Positions 20,122 through 28,551 of a DNA stretch of 64,000 bases are shown here, piece by piece (the first letter of the stretch is position 1; every line of letters starts with the position of its first letter). Source of the stretch: Candidatus Nanopelagicaceae bacterium (GTDB taxonomy: Bacteria; Actinomycetota; Actinomycetes; Nanopelagicales; Nanopelagicaceae). Location of the stretch: positions 866-64,865 of the forward strand of contig VEQG01000007.1 of assembly GCA_018883345.1 (NCBI GenBank), given 5' to 3'. The position numbers were made by a program, and so were the translations under genes. The notes under the pieces were generated by a model. It was given only the letters and a program-made list of their open reading frames with translations. It was not told the DNA's origin and searched no databases.

Positions 20122-21597
20122 TTAGCGTTCGGCAAACCAACCTGATTTAGCAGGCATATTGTTGGTCCAAATGTGTTTACTTTCAAGGAATTCCGAGAGT
20201 CCGTGCTCTCCTAATTCTCTGCCGATGCCAGAGGCTTTAAATCCGCCCCACTCTGCCTGCGGTTTGTATGGACCGTAATCATTTACCCAAACGGTTCCGT
20301 GGCGAAGTGCCCGTGAAACACGTTTGGCTTTAGCATCGTCTTTGGTCCAGACCGCACCGCTTAAGCCATAAATCGTGTCATTTGCAATCGCAATGGCTTC
20401 TGCTTCAGTCTCAAAAGTTTCTACCGTAATTACTGGGCCAAATGATTCATCTTGGACACAACTCATTTTGGTATTGCAACCATCAAGAACGGTTGGCGGG
20501 AAGAAGTTGCCCTTTGCAAAATCTCCTTCGGTTAATTTCTTGCCGCCCACTAAGAGTTTTGCACCTTCAGCAACTGCCTTATCGACATACTCCTGCACTT
20601 TATTTAAATGGTTTGCACTAATTAATGGACCCGTTTCCGCTTCTGTTGAATCTGGTCCGCCAACTTTAATTTCTTTAGCGCGAAGTGCAATTTCAGAGAC
20701 TACTTTTTGGTGAATTGATTTTTCCACTACTAATCGAGTGCCGGCTGAACATACTTGACCTGAATGTAGGAAACCTGCGGTGACCGCGTTATCGATTGCC
20801 GCATCTAAGTCAGCATCAGCAAAGATGATATTTGGATTCTTGCCACCTAGCTCTAGGGCAACTTTCTTTATGGTCTTTGATGCCAAAGACATGATTCGCT
20901 GGCCAATGCCAAGACTTCCCGTAAATGAGACTAAATCAATTCGTGGATCTGCAGTAAGTAAATCTCCGATTGAGGAACCTTTGCCAAGAATTAAATTTGC
21001 AACACCAGCTGGAACACCGGCTTCATCGATTAATTTAAATAGATGTATTGCAGTCGACGGCGTAAGTTCAGCTGGTTTTACGATGAAAGTACATCCGGCA
21101 ACCAACGCGGGCGCAACTTTCCAAGAGACTTGAAGCAATGGGTAATTCCAAGGTCCAATTAAAGTGCAAACTCCAACTGGCTCTTGAACCACACGAGAAT
21201 CAATGTGTTCAATGCCTACATTTACAACGCGGTCATGTTCCTTCTTGCCAATCTCAGCAAAATGGCGAAAACAGGCAATCACATCTGCAATGTCATATTC
21301 AGCTTCAATGAGGCGCTTTCCAGTGTCATCGCTTTCAAGTTTTGCCAAAATCTTTAGATCGCGTTCCATCAAATCGGCAATCTTGCTTACTAAGTCAGAA
21401 CGTTTTTCAAAACTCCAGCTAGTAAATTCACCTGAATCAAAGGCGGTACGAGCTGCTTTGATTGCAAGTTCAACATCAGGTGCAGTTGCTTCAGCAACAG
21501 TTGCAACTAAATGTCCATCAGCGGGACTTATGACATCGCAGGTCTGACCTTCTACCGGCGAGACCCACTTCCCGTTTACGTAAAGAGTATTACTCAC
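20122..21597 (-). CDS. betB: Betaine aldehyde dehydrogenase
   Basis: 491 aa ALDH (FTGS, LELGGKNP, GQVCSAGTR). The GTG start lies 8 nt inside the end of the MttB-family gene. Operon context is with opuA and betA. Confidence 0.8.
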   Translation of the reverse strand: MSNTLYVNGKWVSPVEGQTCDVISPADGHLVATVAEATAPDVELAIKAARTAFDSGEFTSWSFEKRSDLVSKIADLMERDLKILAKLESDDTGKRLIEAEYDIADVIACFRHFAEIGKKEHDRVVNVGIEHIDSRVVQEPVGVCTLIGPWNYPLLQVSWKVAPALVAGCTFIVKPAELTPSTAIHLFKLIDEAGVPAGVANLILGKGSSIGDLLTADPRIDLVSFTGSLGIGQRIMSLASKTIKKVALELGGKNPNIIFADADLDAAIDNAVTAGFLHSGQVCSAGTRLVVEKSIHQKVVSEIALRAKEIKVGGPDSTEAETGPLISANHLNKVQEYVDKAVAEGAKLLVGGKKLTEGDFAKGNFFPPTVLDGCNTKMSCVQDESFGPVITVETFETEAEAIAIANDTIYGLSGAVWTKDDAKAKRVSRALRHGTVWVNDYGPYKPQAEWGGFKASGIGRELGEHGLSEFLESKHIWTNNMPAKSGWFAER

Positions 21598-23029
21598 CTA
21601 ACTCTGATTTTCTCTTTGCTACATAATCTTGTAGCCCAGTAAGAATTGAGGCATCCATCTCTGGTTGTACATACTCTTCGAGTTTCTTCTTCCAAATTTC
21701 TTCTGCACGAGCACGGGTGTCCTTCGCGCCAAGACGTGTCCAGCGATCGTAGTTATCGCTATTTGTTAAAAATGGACGATAGAAACAATCACGGAAACGC
21801 TCCATGGTGTGTGCAGCTCCCAAGAAGTGTCCACCATGGCCAACTTCTTGATGAGCATCAAATGCAAGTGATGCTTCGTTAAATTCAAGCGGAGTAAATT
21901 CGGCCATTAATGCTTGAAGAATTTCAATATCAACAATGAACTTGTCATATGACGAAACAAGTCCACCTTCTAGCCAACCGGCTGAGTGCATAACCCAGTT
22001 GGTTCCGGCTAAGAATGTAGGCAACATGGTCATCAAAGTTTGATATCCAGCTTGCGCATCAACAGTTTGAGATGAATTTAGCGTTCCACCGCCACGGAAA
22101 GGCAAGTTAAAACTGCGGGCAATTTGGCCGGTGCAAAGTAGGCCAATACCTGATTCTGGAGTACCAAATTGTGGTGAACCTGATTGCATATCTACGTTTG
22201 ATAAGAATGAACCAAATACCACCGGTGTTCCTGGGCGAATCAATTGTGCAAGTGCAATACCGGTGAGCGCTTCCGCAATTTGCTGTGCCAAAGTTGCTGG
22301 AATTGTTACTGGTGACATCGCACCCATTAATAGGAATGGAGTAAATACCACTGGCTGACCTGCGAGCGCATATTCACGCATCGAATCAAGCATGCGATCA
22401 TCCCAACGAAGTGGTGAGTTGCAGTTGATAAGAGAGATAAGTGCAGGAGTTTCTTCAATAGCCTTGCGGCCACCGTGAATAATTTCGGTCATCGCAATTA
22501 CATCGCGTGCATTCTCAGCCGACACCACGTTGCCCATGAAGAATTTATCGGTCAAAGTAGCTTGCGCCATCACCATATCTAAATGGCGAGAATCAAGTGA
22601 AAGGTCATTTGGCTCTACTACAACGCCACCAACAGAATCGAGTGCATCAAAACTCTGCGCAAGCTTGCAGAAGTTTTGGAAATCATTGAACGTACCATCG
22701 CGACGAGTTGAACCTTCCAATACGAAAGGCGGGCCATAAACTCCACCAAAGACCATGTGGTTGCCACCAATGTGCACATTTCGTTTTGGATTGCGAGCGC
22801 GTAGATCAAATTCAGAAGGCGCCTTAGCTATTTGCTTCAAAATCCATTCTGGATCGAACTTAACTAATTCACCGGTAACTTCTTGGCCAGCTTCTTTCAA
22901 CATATCGACTGCCCACGGACTTGCGAACTCAAGACCGATTTCGGAAACAATTCGCTTCCAACCAGCATTTAATGTTGCCATCGATTCTTCAGAGAGAATC
23001 TCGTAACGAGGCATTTTATTTACAAACAT
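21590..23029 (-). CDS. MttB-superfamily methyltransferase without pyrrolysine (candidate glycine betaine:corrinoid methyltransferase, MtgB-like)
   Basis: About 479 aa uninterrupted ORF with no in-frame stop. RYEILSEES...IVSEIGLEF N-terminus and overall MttB-family resemblance. The start is refined to the ATG at 23029, preceded by GAAAGG. The ORF-track start at 23101 runs into the promoter palindrome. Confidence 0.85.
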   Translation of the reverse strand: MFVNKMPRYEILSEESMATLNAGWKRIVSEIGLEFASPWAVDMLKEAGQEVTGELVKFDPEWILKQIAKAPSEFDLRARNPKRNVHIGGNHMVFGGVYGPPFVLEGSTRRDGTFNDFQNFCKLAQSFDALDSVGGVVVEPNDLSLDSRHLDMVMAQATLTDKFFMGNVVSAENARDVIAMTEIIHGGRKAIEETPALISLINCNSPLRWDDRMLDSMREYALAGQPVVFTPFLLMGAMSPVTIPATLAQQIAEALTGIALAQLIRPGTPVVFGSFLSNVDMQSGSPQFGTPESGIGLLCTGQIARSFNLPFRGGGTLNSSQTVDAQAGYQTLMTMLPTFLAGTNWVMHSAGWLEGGLVSSYDKFIVDIEILQALMAEFTPLEFNEASLAFDAHQEVGHGGHFLGAAHTMERFRDCFYRPFLTNSDNYDRWTRLGAKDTRARAEEIWKKKLEEYVQPEMDASILTGLQDYVAKRKSELGE

Positions 23030-23080
23030 TTTTCGCCTTTCGCTTGCTTGACCTGAGCCAACCTTAGAGAATACGCTCAG

Positions 23081-23104
23081 ATAATGGAACAGGGGTTCCA
23101 TTAT
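23081..23104. promoter_or_regulatory. Perfect 10-bp inverted repeat, candidate IclR operator in the divergent promoter
   Basis: ATAATGGAAC-AGGG-GTTCCATTAT lies in the 122-nt spacer between the mttB homologue (start 23029) and iclR (start 23152). A further GGAAC half-site is at 23107-23111. Confidence 0.45.
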
Positions 23105-23151
23105 GCGGAACAGTAAATTTTAACCATAGTGCAGGCATAGGCGGTGAATTT

Positions 23152-23916
23152 ATGGCTCTAACCGGAACACAAGCAGTTGATCGTGCAACTTCGCTGCTGA
23201 TTGCAATTTTAAATTCACCCGAACCACCACTGCTCTCCGAACTTTCACGCCAACTTGGTTTACCTAAATCAACTACCTCCAGAATTCTTGGTGCGCTAGA
23301 ACGTCAGGGTCTTGTTCGTCGAGATCGCAACAGCGCATACCTAGGTGGCGAAGTATTACTTCGATATGCATCAACTCAGAATCAGGATGCAGCATTGATT
23401 GCGAGAATGCGCCCGGTTCTAGAAAGTTTGGCTGCGAAAACTTCGGAATCAGTTAATTTAGCAGTGCCAGGTTCTGATGATCTTAAATTAATTGATCAAG
23501 TTGATGGCAAGCATTTGCTAGGTGCCACTAATTGGATTGGGCGTAATGTTCCTTATCATGCTTCCGCACTTGGAAAAGTTTTGCTCGCATTTGGTGCAGC
23601 TTCACTGCCAACCGGAACACTTCAAACAAAAACTACTCGCACCATCACAACTCGTTCAATGCTAAATGCAGAGTTGGAAAAAGTGCGAAAAACAGGTTTT
23701 GCAATTATCGACAATGAACTTGAAGATGGTTTAGTTGCAGTAGCTGCGCCAGTTTTCTCCATTGATGGAAATGTCATTGCGGCAATCTCAATTTCAGGAC
23801 CGGATGCTCGAATCAGTCGCGAGCAATTAAATAAGTTTGGTGAACTAATCATCAAAGAGTTAAAGATAGAAAGCACACAGATAGCGAAAGCTAAAGGAAA
23901 GGTAGGCGCAGCATGA
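23152..23916 (+). CDS. IclR-family transcriptional regulator
   Basis: 254 aa. wHTH (AVDRATSLLIAIL...LSELSRQLGLPKSTTSRILGAL) plus IclR effector domain. First gene of the corrinoid operon. Confidence 0.85.
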   Translation: MALTGTQAVDRATSLLIAILNSPEPPLLSELSRQLGLPKSTTSRILGALERQGLVRRDRNSAYLGGEVLLRYASTQNQDAALIARMRPVLESLAAKTSESVNLAVPGSDDLKLIDQVDGKHLLGATNWIGRNVPYHASALGKVLLAFGAASLPTGTLQTKTTRTITTRSMLNAELEKVRKTGFAIIDNELEDGLVAVAAPVFSIDGNVIAAISISGPDARISREQLNKFGELIIKELKIESTQIAKAKGKVGAA

Positions 23917-24572
23917 GCCATGAAGAGATCCTCAAAGGCTTATTCGATGAGACTCTTGTAGGAAACGCTCCTGCAGTACTCGAACTAACCAATAAAGGAA
24001 TTGCAGATGGCATGGACCCATCATCAATCCTCTTTGACGCTTTGATTCCAGCTCTTGAAGAGGTTGGCGCCCGTTTCGAGCGTGGCGATTTCTTCGTACC
24101 AGAGATGTTGATTTCAGGTAAGGCAATGTCAGGTGCGCTTAACGTTTTGCGTCCACTTCTAGCGCAAACTGGCGCTGAATCTGTCGGTACATTCTTAATG
24201 GGTACCGTAAAGGGCGATGTTCACGACATCGGCAAGAACTTGGTAAACATCATGCTTGAAGGCGCTGGCTTTACCGTAATTGATATTGGAGTTCAGGTTG
24301 CACCTGAGAAATTTGTTGCGGCAATCAACGAACATAAGCCAGATATTGTTGGTATGTCAGCCTTCTTAACTACCACCATGCCAATGTTCAAAGTTAACAT
24401 CCATGAAATTAATAAAGCTGGTCTTCGTGATCAAGTAATCATCATGGTTGGCGGCGCTCCAGTTACTCAAGAATATGCAGATGTAGTCGGTGCTGATGGT
24501 TATGCCGCAGATGCTTCAAGTGCCGTAAAGGTTGCAAAAGATCTTCTAGCAAAGAGACGCGCAGCGGTATGA
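23913..24572 (+). CDS. Corrinoid (B12-binding) methyl-carrier protein, MtgC/MtbC-like
   Basis: 219 aa. N-terminal helical cap domain plus Rossmann B12 domain with DVHDIGKN (DxHxxG), SAFLTTT (SxL) and MVGGAP (GG). ATGA overlap with iclR. Confidence 0.85.
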   Translation: MSHEEILKGLFDETLVGNAPAVLELTNKGIADGMDPSSILFDALIPALEEVGARFERGDFFVPEMLISGKAMSGALNVLRPLLAQTGAESVGTFLMGTVKGDVHDIGKNLVNIMLEGAGFTVIDIGVQVAPEKFVAAINEHKPDIVGMSAFLTTTMPMFKVNIHEINKAGLRDQVIIMVGGAPVTQEYADVVGADGYAADASSAVKVAKDLLAKRRAAV

Positions 24573-24934
24573 AATTCCTGCCATTAATCGAAGACGCAAT
24601 CAAGAAGCCGGTTTTTGGTTGCCAGATGTGTGGTCAATGTGTGCTCCACTCAACTGGAATGGTTTGTCCAATGACATGCCCAAAAACTCTTCGCAATGGA
24701 CCTTGTGGCGGAGTTCGAGAAAATGGCAATTGCGAAGTTAAACCAGAGATGCAATGCATTTGGGTTAAAGCATATGATCGCAAAGAAACTCTACATCTAC
24801 CTCAGGTTTGGAAAGATCACTACAACGATTTGCGCCCACCTGTAGATATGCGTCTAAAAGGAACTTCTTCTTGGTTAAATTTAATTACCAAGCGAGATAA
24901 GCAAACACCAGCTGGCTGGGCGGCTAATGAGTAA
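24569..24934 (+). CDS. MetV-like protein (methylene-THF reductase C-terminal Zn-ribbon domain)
   Basis: 121 aa, Cys-rich (CQMCGQCVL...CPMTCPK..NGPCGG...C), as in the MTHFR_C/MetV proteins that partner MetF in acetogens. ATGA overlap upstream and 8-nt overlap with metF. Confidence 0.7.
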   Translation: MKFLPLIEDAIKKPVFGCQMCGQCVLHSTGMVCPMTCPKTLRNGPCGGVRENGNCEVKPEMQCIWVKAYDRKETLHLPQVWKDHYNDLRPPVDMRLKGTSSWLNLITKRDKQTPAGWAANE

Positions 24935-25826
24935 TCTGCAACATTTATTTGAAAATACTAATGATTTAGTTTTTACTGCTGAATTTCCATCTATTGATGG
25001 TGGCGGCATGGAGAAAGTGGCTAAAGAGGCAGATCGTTTACGTCCATGGTTTGATGCAGTTAATTCAACAGATAATGCTGCGGCTCATGCGCATGCTTCG
25101 AATTTATCTGTCGCGATTGCGATCAAACAACATGGTCTCGAACCAGTTATGCAGATCGCGCAACGCGATAAGAATCGTCTGGCAGTTCAGGCTGACATTA
25201 TGGGCGCTGCGCTACATGGCATTGAAAATATTGCGCTTATGACTGGCGATGATGTGACGGCTGGCGATGAACCAGAAACGCGCCGAGTCTTTGACTTAGA
25301 TGGCCCAATCGCAATTAAAGTCGCTGAAATTATCCGTAACGGAACTTACCTTTCCGGACGCAAAATCAATCCCGCTCCTTCGCTATTTATTAGCGCGGTA
25401 GAAAATCCCGGAACTCATCCTTTTGAATATCGAATTGATCGAGCCATCAAGAAGCAGAAAGCTGGCGCTCGTTGGTTGCAATTACAACTTTGCTTCCACA
25501 TGGATCGCTTAGAAAATTTCTGCAAAGGCGTAGCGGCTCACGGAACAAATTTGCCAATCTTGCCTAACGTAATTTTGATAAAGGGCGCTAAAGGGATGCA
25601 GTTCATGAACGAAAATGTTCGTGGCATCAATATTCCGCAAGAAATGATTGACCGCGTTGCTAAAGCAGCTGACCCAGCTGAAGAGGCTTACCAATTAACG
25701 CTCGAACTAGCTAAGCATGCATTGGCACAACCAGGTGTGCGTGGCTTACATGTAACAGATTTCCGTCACGACGACTCACTCGATCGATTAATGACGGATC
25801 TTGGCCGAACCAGGAAGAATGGATAA
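24927..25826 (+). CDS. metF: Methylenetetrahydrofolate reductase (MetF, MetV-associated type)
   Basis: 299 aa TIM-barrel MTHFR-like sequence (VNSTDNAAA, QRDKNRLAVQADIMGAALHGIENIALMTGDD). Confidence 0.8.
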   Translation: MSNLQHLFENTNDLVFTAEFPSIDGGGMEKVAKEADRLRPWFDAVNSTDNAAAHAHASNLSVAIAIKQHGLEPVMQIAQRDKNRLAVQADIMGAALHGIENIALMTGDDVTAGDEPETRRVFDLDGPIAIKVAEIIRNGTYLSGRKINPAPSLFISAVENPGTHPFEYRIDRAIKKQKAGARWLQLQLCFHMDRLENFCKGVAAHGTNLPILPNVILIKGAKGMQFMNENVRGINIPQEMIDRVAKAADPAEEAYQLTLELAKHALAQPGVRGLHVTDFRHDDSLDRLMTDLGRTRKNG

Positions 25827-25829
25827 GAA

Positions 25830-26696
25830 ATGCAAACAGTAGTTAGCTCACCAACCAAGACCGTAACTATCGGTGATGACAATCCTTTTTGTATCATCGG
25901 AGAACGCATCAACCCAACTGGTCGCCGAATTTTCCAAGAGCAAGTACGTGCTGGAGATTTATCAGCAATCATTAAAGATGTTAAGGCGCAGGTAGAAGGT
26001 GGCGCAGATATGTTGGACGTCAACATGGGCGTACCACTAACCGATGAAGCAGATTTGATGCGCCAAGCAATCAAGATGGTGCAGGAACTTACCGATCTTC
26101 CAATTTGTATCGACTCATCAGTACTCGAAGCGTTAGAAGCAGGACTTCAGACATATCAAGGTCGTGCTTTAGTTAATTCAACAACTGGTGAAGATGATCG
26201 ATTAGACCATATCTTGCCGCTGATTAAGAAGTATGACGCTGCAGTGATCGCACTTCCAAACGATGAAACTGAAATCCCAATGACTGTTGCAGATCGGCTA
26301 AAAATTACCGAAAAAATCCTTCGGGCATGCGACAAACATGGCATTTCACATGACCGAATTGTGCTCGATCCGCTAGCTATGCCGATTGGCGCAGAACCAC
26401 AAGCTGGCAATCTTTTCTTTGAAACAGTTCATGAAATTAAGCAACGTTGGGATTTGAACATGACTTGTGGAGCATCAAATGTTTCATTTGGTATGCCAAA
26501 CCGACATGCAATTAATGCGGCATTCTTGCCTGCTGCAATGACCGTAGGTTTAACCTCAGCTGTTATGGATGCACGTACTCCTGAAATCGTCTCTGCAGTA
26601 CGCGCTACTGATATTCTGCTTGGAAACGATCAATATGGCGGAGCATGGATTACTCGCTTCCGCGCCATGGAAGCAGCTGCTAAAGCACAGGCATGA
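25830..26696 (+). CDS. Methyl-THF:corrinoid methyltransferase (pterin-binding domain; AcsE/MtgA/MetH-domain-like)
   Basis: 288 aa. IIGERINPTG, GADMLDVNMG, ICIDSS, LVNSTTG and CGASNVSFG(M)PNR motifs of the pterin-binding (DHPS-like) fold. Confidence 0.8.
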   Translation: MQTVVSSPTKTVTIGDDNPFCIIGERINPTGRRIFQEQVRAGDLSAIIKDVKAQVEGGADMLDVNMGVPLTDEADLMRQAIKMVQELTDLPICIDSSVLEALEAGLQTYQGRALVNSTTGEDDRLDHILPLIKKYDAAVIALPNDETEIPMTVADRLKITEKILRACDKHGISHDRIVLDPLAMPIGAEPQAGNLFFETVHEIKQRWDLNMTCGASNVSFGMPNRHAINAAFLPAAMTVGLTSAVMDARTPEIVSAVRATDILLGNDQYGGAWITRFRAMEAAAKAQA

Positions 26697-26706
26697 TTTT
26701 CTAGTT

Positions 26707-28551
26707 ATGGCAAAAGAATTCAATCCGGATCTTGCCGGACATGATGGCGCTAGCCGTGTTAAATTACATTTTCGCGCGCTAGAAAAAGATGGCGAAGTAT
26801 CTGCTGAAAAGATAGTTACAGTCCCATCTGGCGTTAGTGCATTTGATGCAGCATCATGGAATGGCATTGCGATTGATTCAACTTGTGGCGGTTACGGAAC
26901 TTGTAAGAAATGTAAAATTCAAATCACGGATGGCAGCGTAGAGCCTTCAAAATTAGATTTCCGCGCTTTCACCCCAGATGAGATTCAAAGTGGTTGGCGC
27001 CTTGCTTGCATGGTCCGAACTACAAAAGATATCTCTATTGATGTGCCACCGCTTACTACTAGACCAAAAGCGGCCACCGTTGGTGTTGGCAGACAAATTA
27101 TTTTGCGACCTGGAATCCAAAAGCGATATGTCGAACTTTCAGAACCTACCCTCTCAGATCAACGCACTGACATTGTTAGACTTCTTGAAGCTATTGAAGA
27201 TATTGAGCCAACATATTCTTTAGATATTCTGCGAGAGCTACCAACAGTCCTGCGCAAGAATAATTTTAAAGTCACCGCGGTATTCGCAGACCAAGAGTTA
27301 ATCGCAATAGAAGGTGGAGATACCAGCGAAATTCGTTACGGAATTGCCTTTGATTTGGGCACCACGACCGTAGTTGCCACTTTGATTGACTTAAATACTG
27401 GAGCGCCTGCGGCCGTTAAATCGATACTAAATAAGCAACAACCTTTTGGTGCAGATGTCATCACTCGAATAAGTGCAACCATGATGGATCCAGAAGGTTT
27501 GGGCAAACTTCGAACTTTGGCGCAAGAGACTTTGGCGCAATTAACAAGAGAAGTATGTGAAGAAGCAGACGTTAATCCGCTTAATGTCTACGAAGTTGCG
27601 ATGGCTGGCAATGCAACTATGACTCAAATAATTCTAGGTATAGATCCAGAACCACTAGGTGTTGCGCCATTTATTATGGCTACTGCTGATTATCAGCCAG
27701 TTGATGCAACCGAACTTGGACTTTCAATTCACCCAAGAGGCAAAGCAATCATCTTGCCTTCACTTGGCGCATACGTTGGTGGAGATATCGTTGCCGGAGC
27801 ACTTGCCTCAGGTATGGATCGTGACAAACGTTTACGTTTATTTATCGATGTCGGAACTAATTGCGAAATTATTTTAGGTAATGGCGAAAAAATTCTGGCA
27901 ACTGCTGCCCCAGCAGGACCTGCCTTTGAAGCTGCCTCAATTAAATGTGGTGTTCGTGCTGCGGCTGGCGCTATTGAAACCGTAAAAGTTGTAGATGGCA
28001 AACTTGAAATTGGCACTATTGATGACGCACCAGCAATCGGTATCTGTGGTTCTGGTCTAGTTGACGCCGTAGCTTGTTTGGTGCAATTAGGTATTCTCGA
28101 CTCATCTGGCAAGTTCAATGCAGTGGATGATCCAAATTTAGTCGAACGAGATGGCGAAAAGATTTACATGCTCACAGAAGATGTTTTCTTAAGCCAAAGA
28201 GATGTCCGCGAATTGCAATTTGCCAAGGCTGCAATTGCTACTGGATGGGCGTTATTGGCTGAAGAGTTTGGCATTGAAGATAAAGATATTCAGCAAGTGC
28301 TACTGGCAGGTTCTTTTGGTTCCTACCTATCCCCTGCATCTGCAGTAAAGATTGGACTTGTGCCAAAAATCAGCGTTTTGCGAATAGTTTCAGCAGGTAA
28401 CGTAGCTGGTGAAGGTGCAAAGATGGCGCTACTTTCAACTCAAGAGCGCCATGGTGCTATGACCCTGCTGGATGAAATCAAATACGTAGAACTATCTGAT
28501 CGCGAAGATTTCAATGATAAGTTCGTAGAAAGATTGGCTTTCCCAGTTTGA
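26707..28551 (+). CDS. Corrinoid reductive activase, RACo/RamA-type ([2Fe-2S] ferredoxin domain + ASKHA ATPase/DUF4445)
   Basis: About 614 aa. N-terminal plant-type ferredoxin cysteines (CGGYGTCKKCKI...LAC). C-terminal ASKHA-like region (GIAFDLGTTTV, FIDVGTNCEI, ICGSGLVD). The start is refined to the ATG at 26707 (MAKEFNP). The ORF-track start at 26569 overlaps the upstream gene. Confidence 0.8.
   Translation: MAKEFNPDLAGHDGASRVKLHFRALEKDGEVSAEKIVTVPSGVSAFDAASWNGIAIDSTCGGYGTCKKCKIQITDGSVEPSKLDFRAFTPDEIQSGWRLACMVRTTKDISIDVPPLTTRPKAATVGVGRQIILRPGIQKRYVELSEPTLSDQRTDIVRLLEAIEDIEPTYSLDILRELPTVLRKNNFKVTAVFADQELIAIEGGDTSEIRYGIAFDLGTTTVVATLIDLNTGAPAAVKSILNKQQPFGADVITRISATMMDPEGLGKLRTLAQETLAQLTREVCEEADVNPLNVYEVAMAGNATMTQIILGIDPEPLGVAPFIMATADYQPVDATELGLSIHPRGKAIILPSLGAYVGGDIVAGALASGMDRDKRLRLFIDVGTNCEIILGNGEKILATAAPAGPAFEAASIKCGVRAAAGAIETVKVVDGKLEIGTIDDAPAIGICGSGLVDAVACLVQLGILDSSGKFNAVDDPNLVERDGEKIYMLTEDVFLSQRDVRELQFAKAAIATGWALLAEEFGIEDKDIQQVLLAGSFGSYLSPASAVKIGLVPKISVLRIVSAGNVAGEGAKMALLSTQERHGAMTLLDEIKYVELSDREDFNDKFVERLAFPV

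Noticed and set aside
21590-23029. Possible pyrrolysine (in-frame TAG) in the MttB homologue, or selenocysteine (TGA) in fdsA (29085-32081).
   Set aside because: Both ORFs are uninterrupted in the six-frame track. The FDH active site reads CHSPTG with Cys. No recoding is needed.
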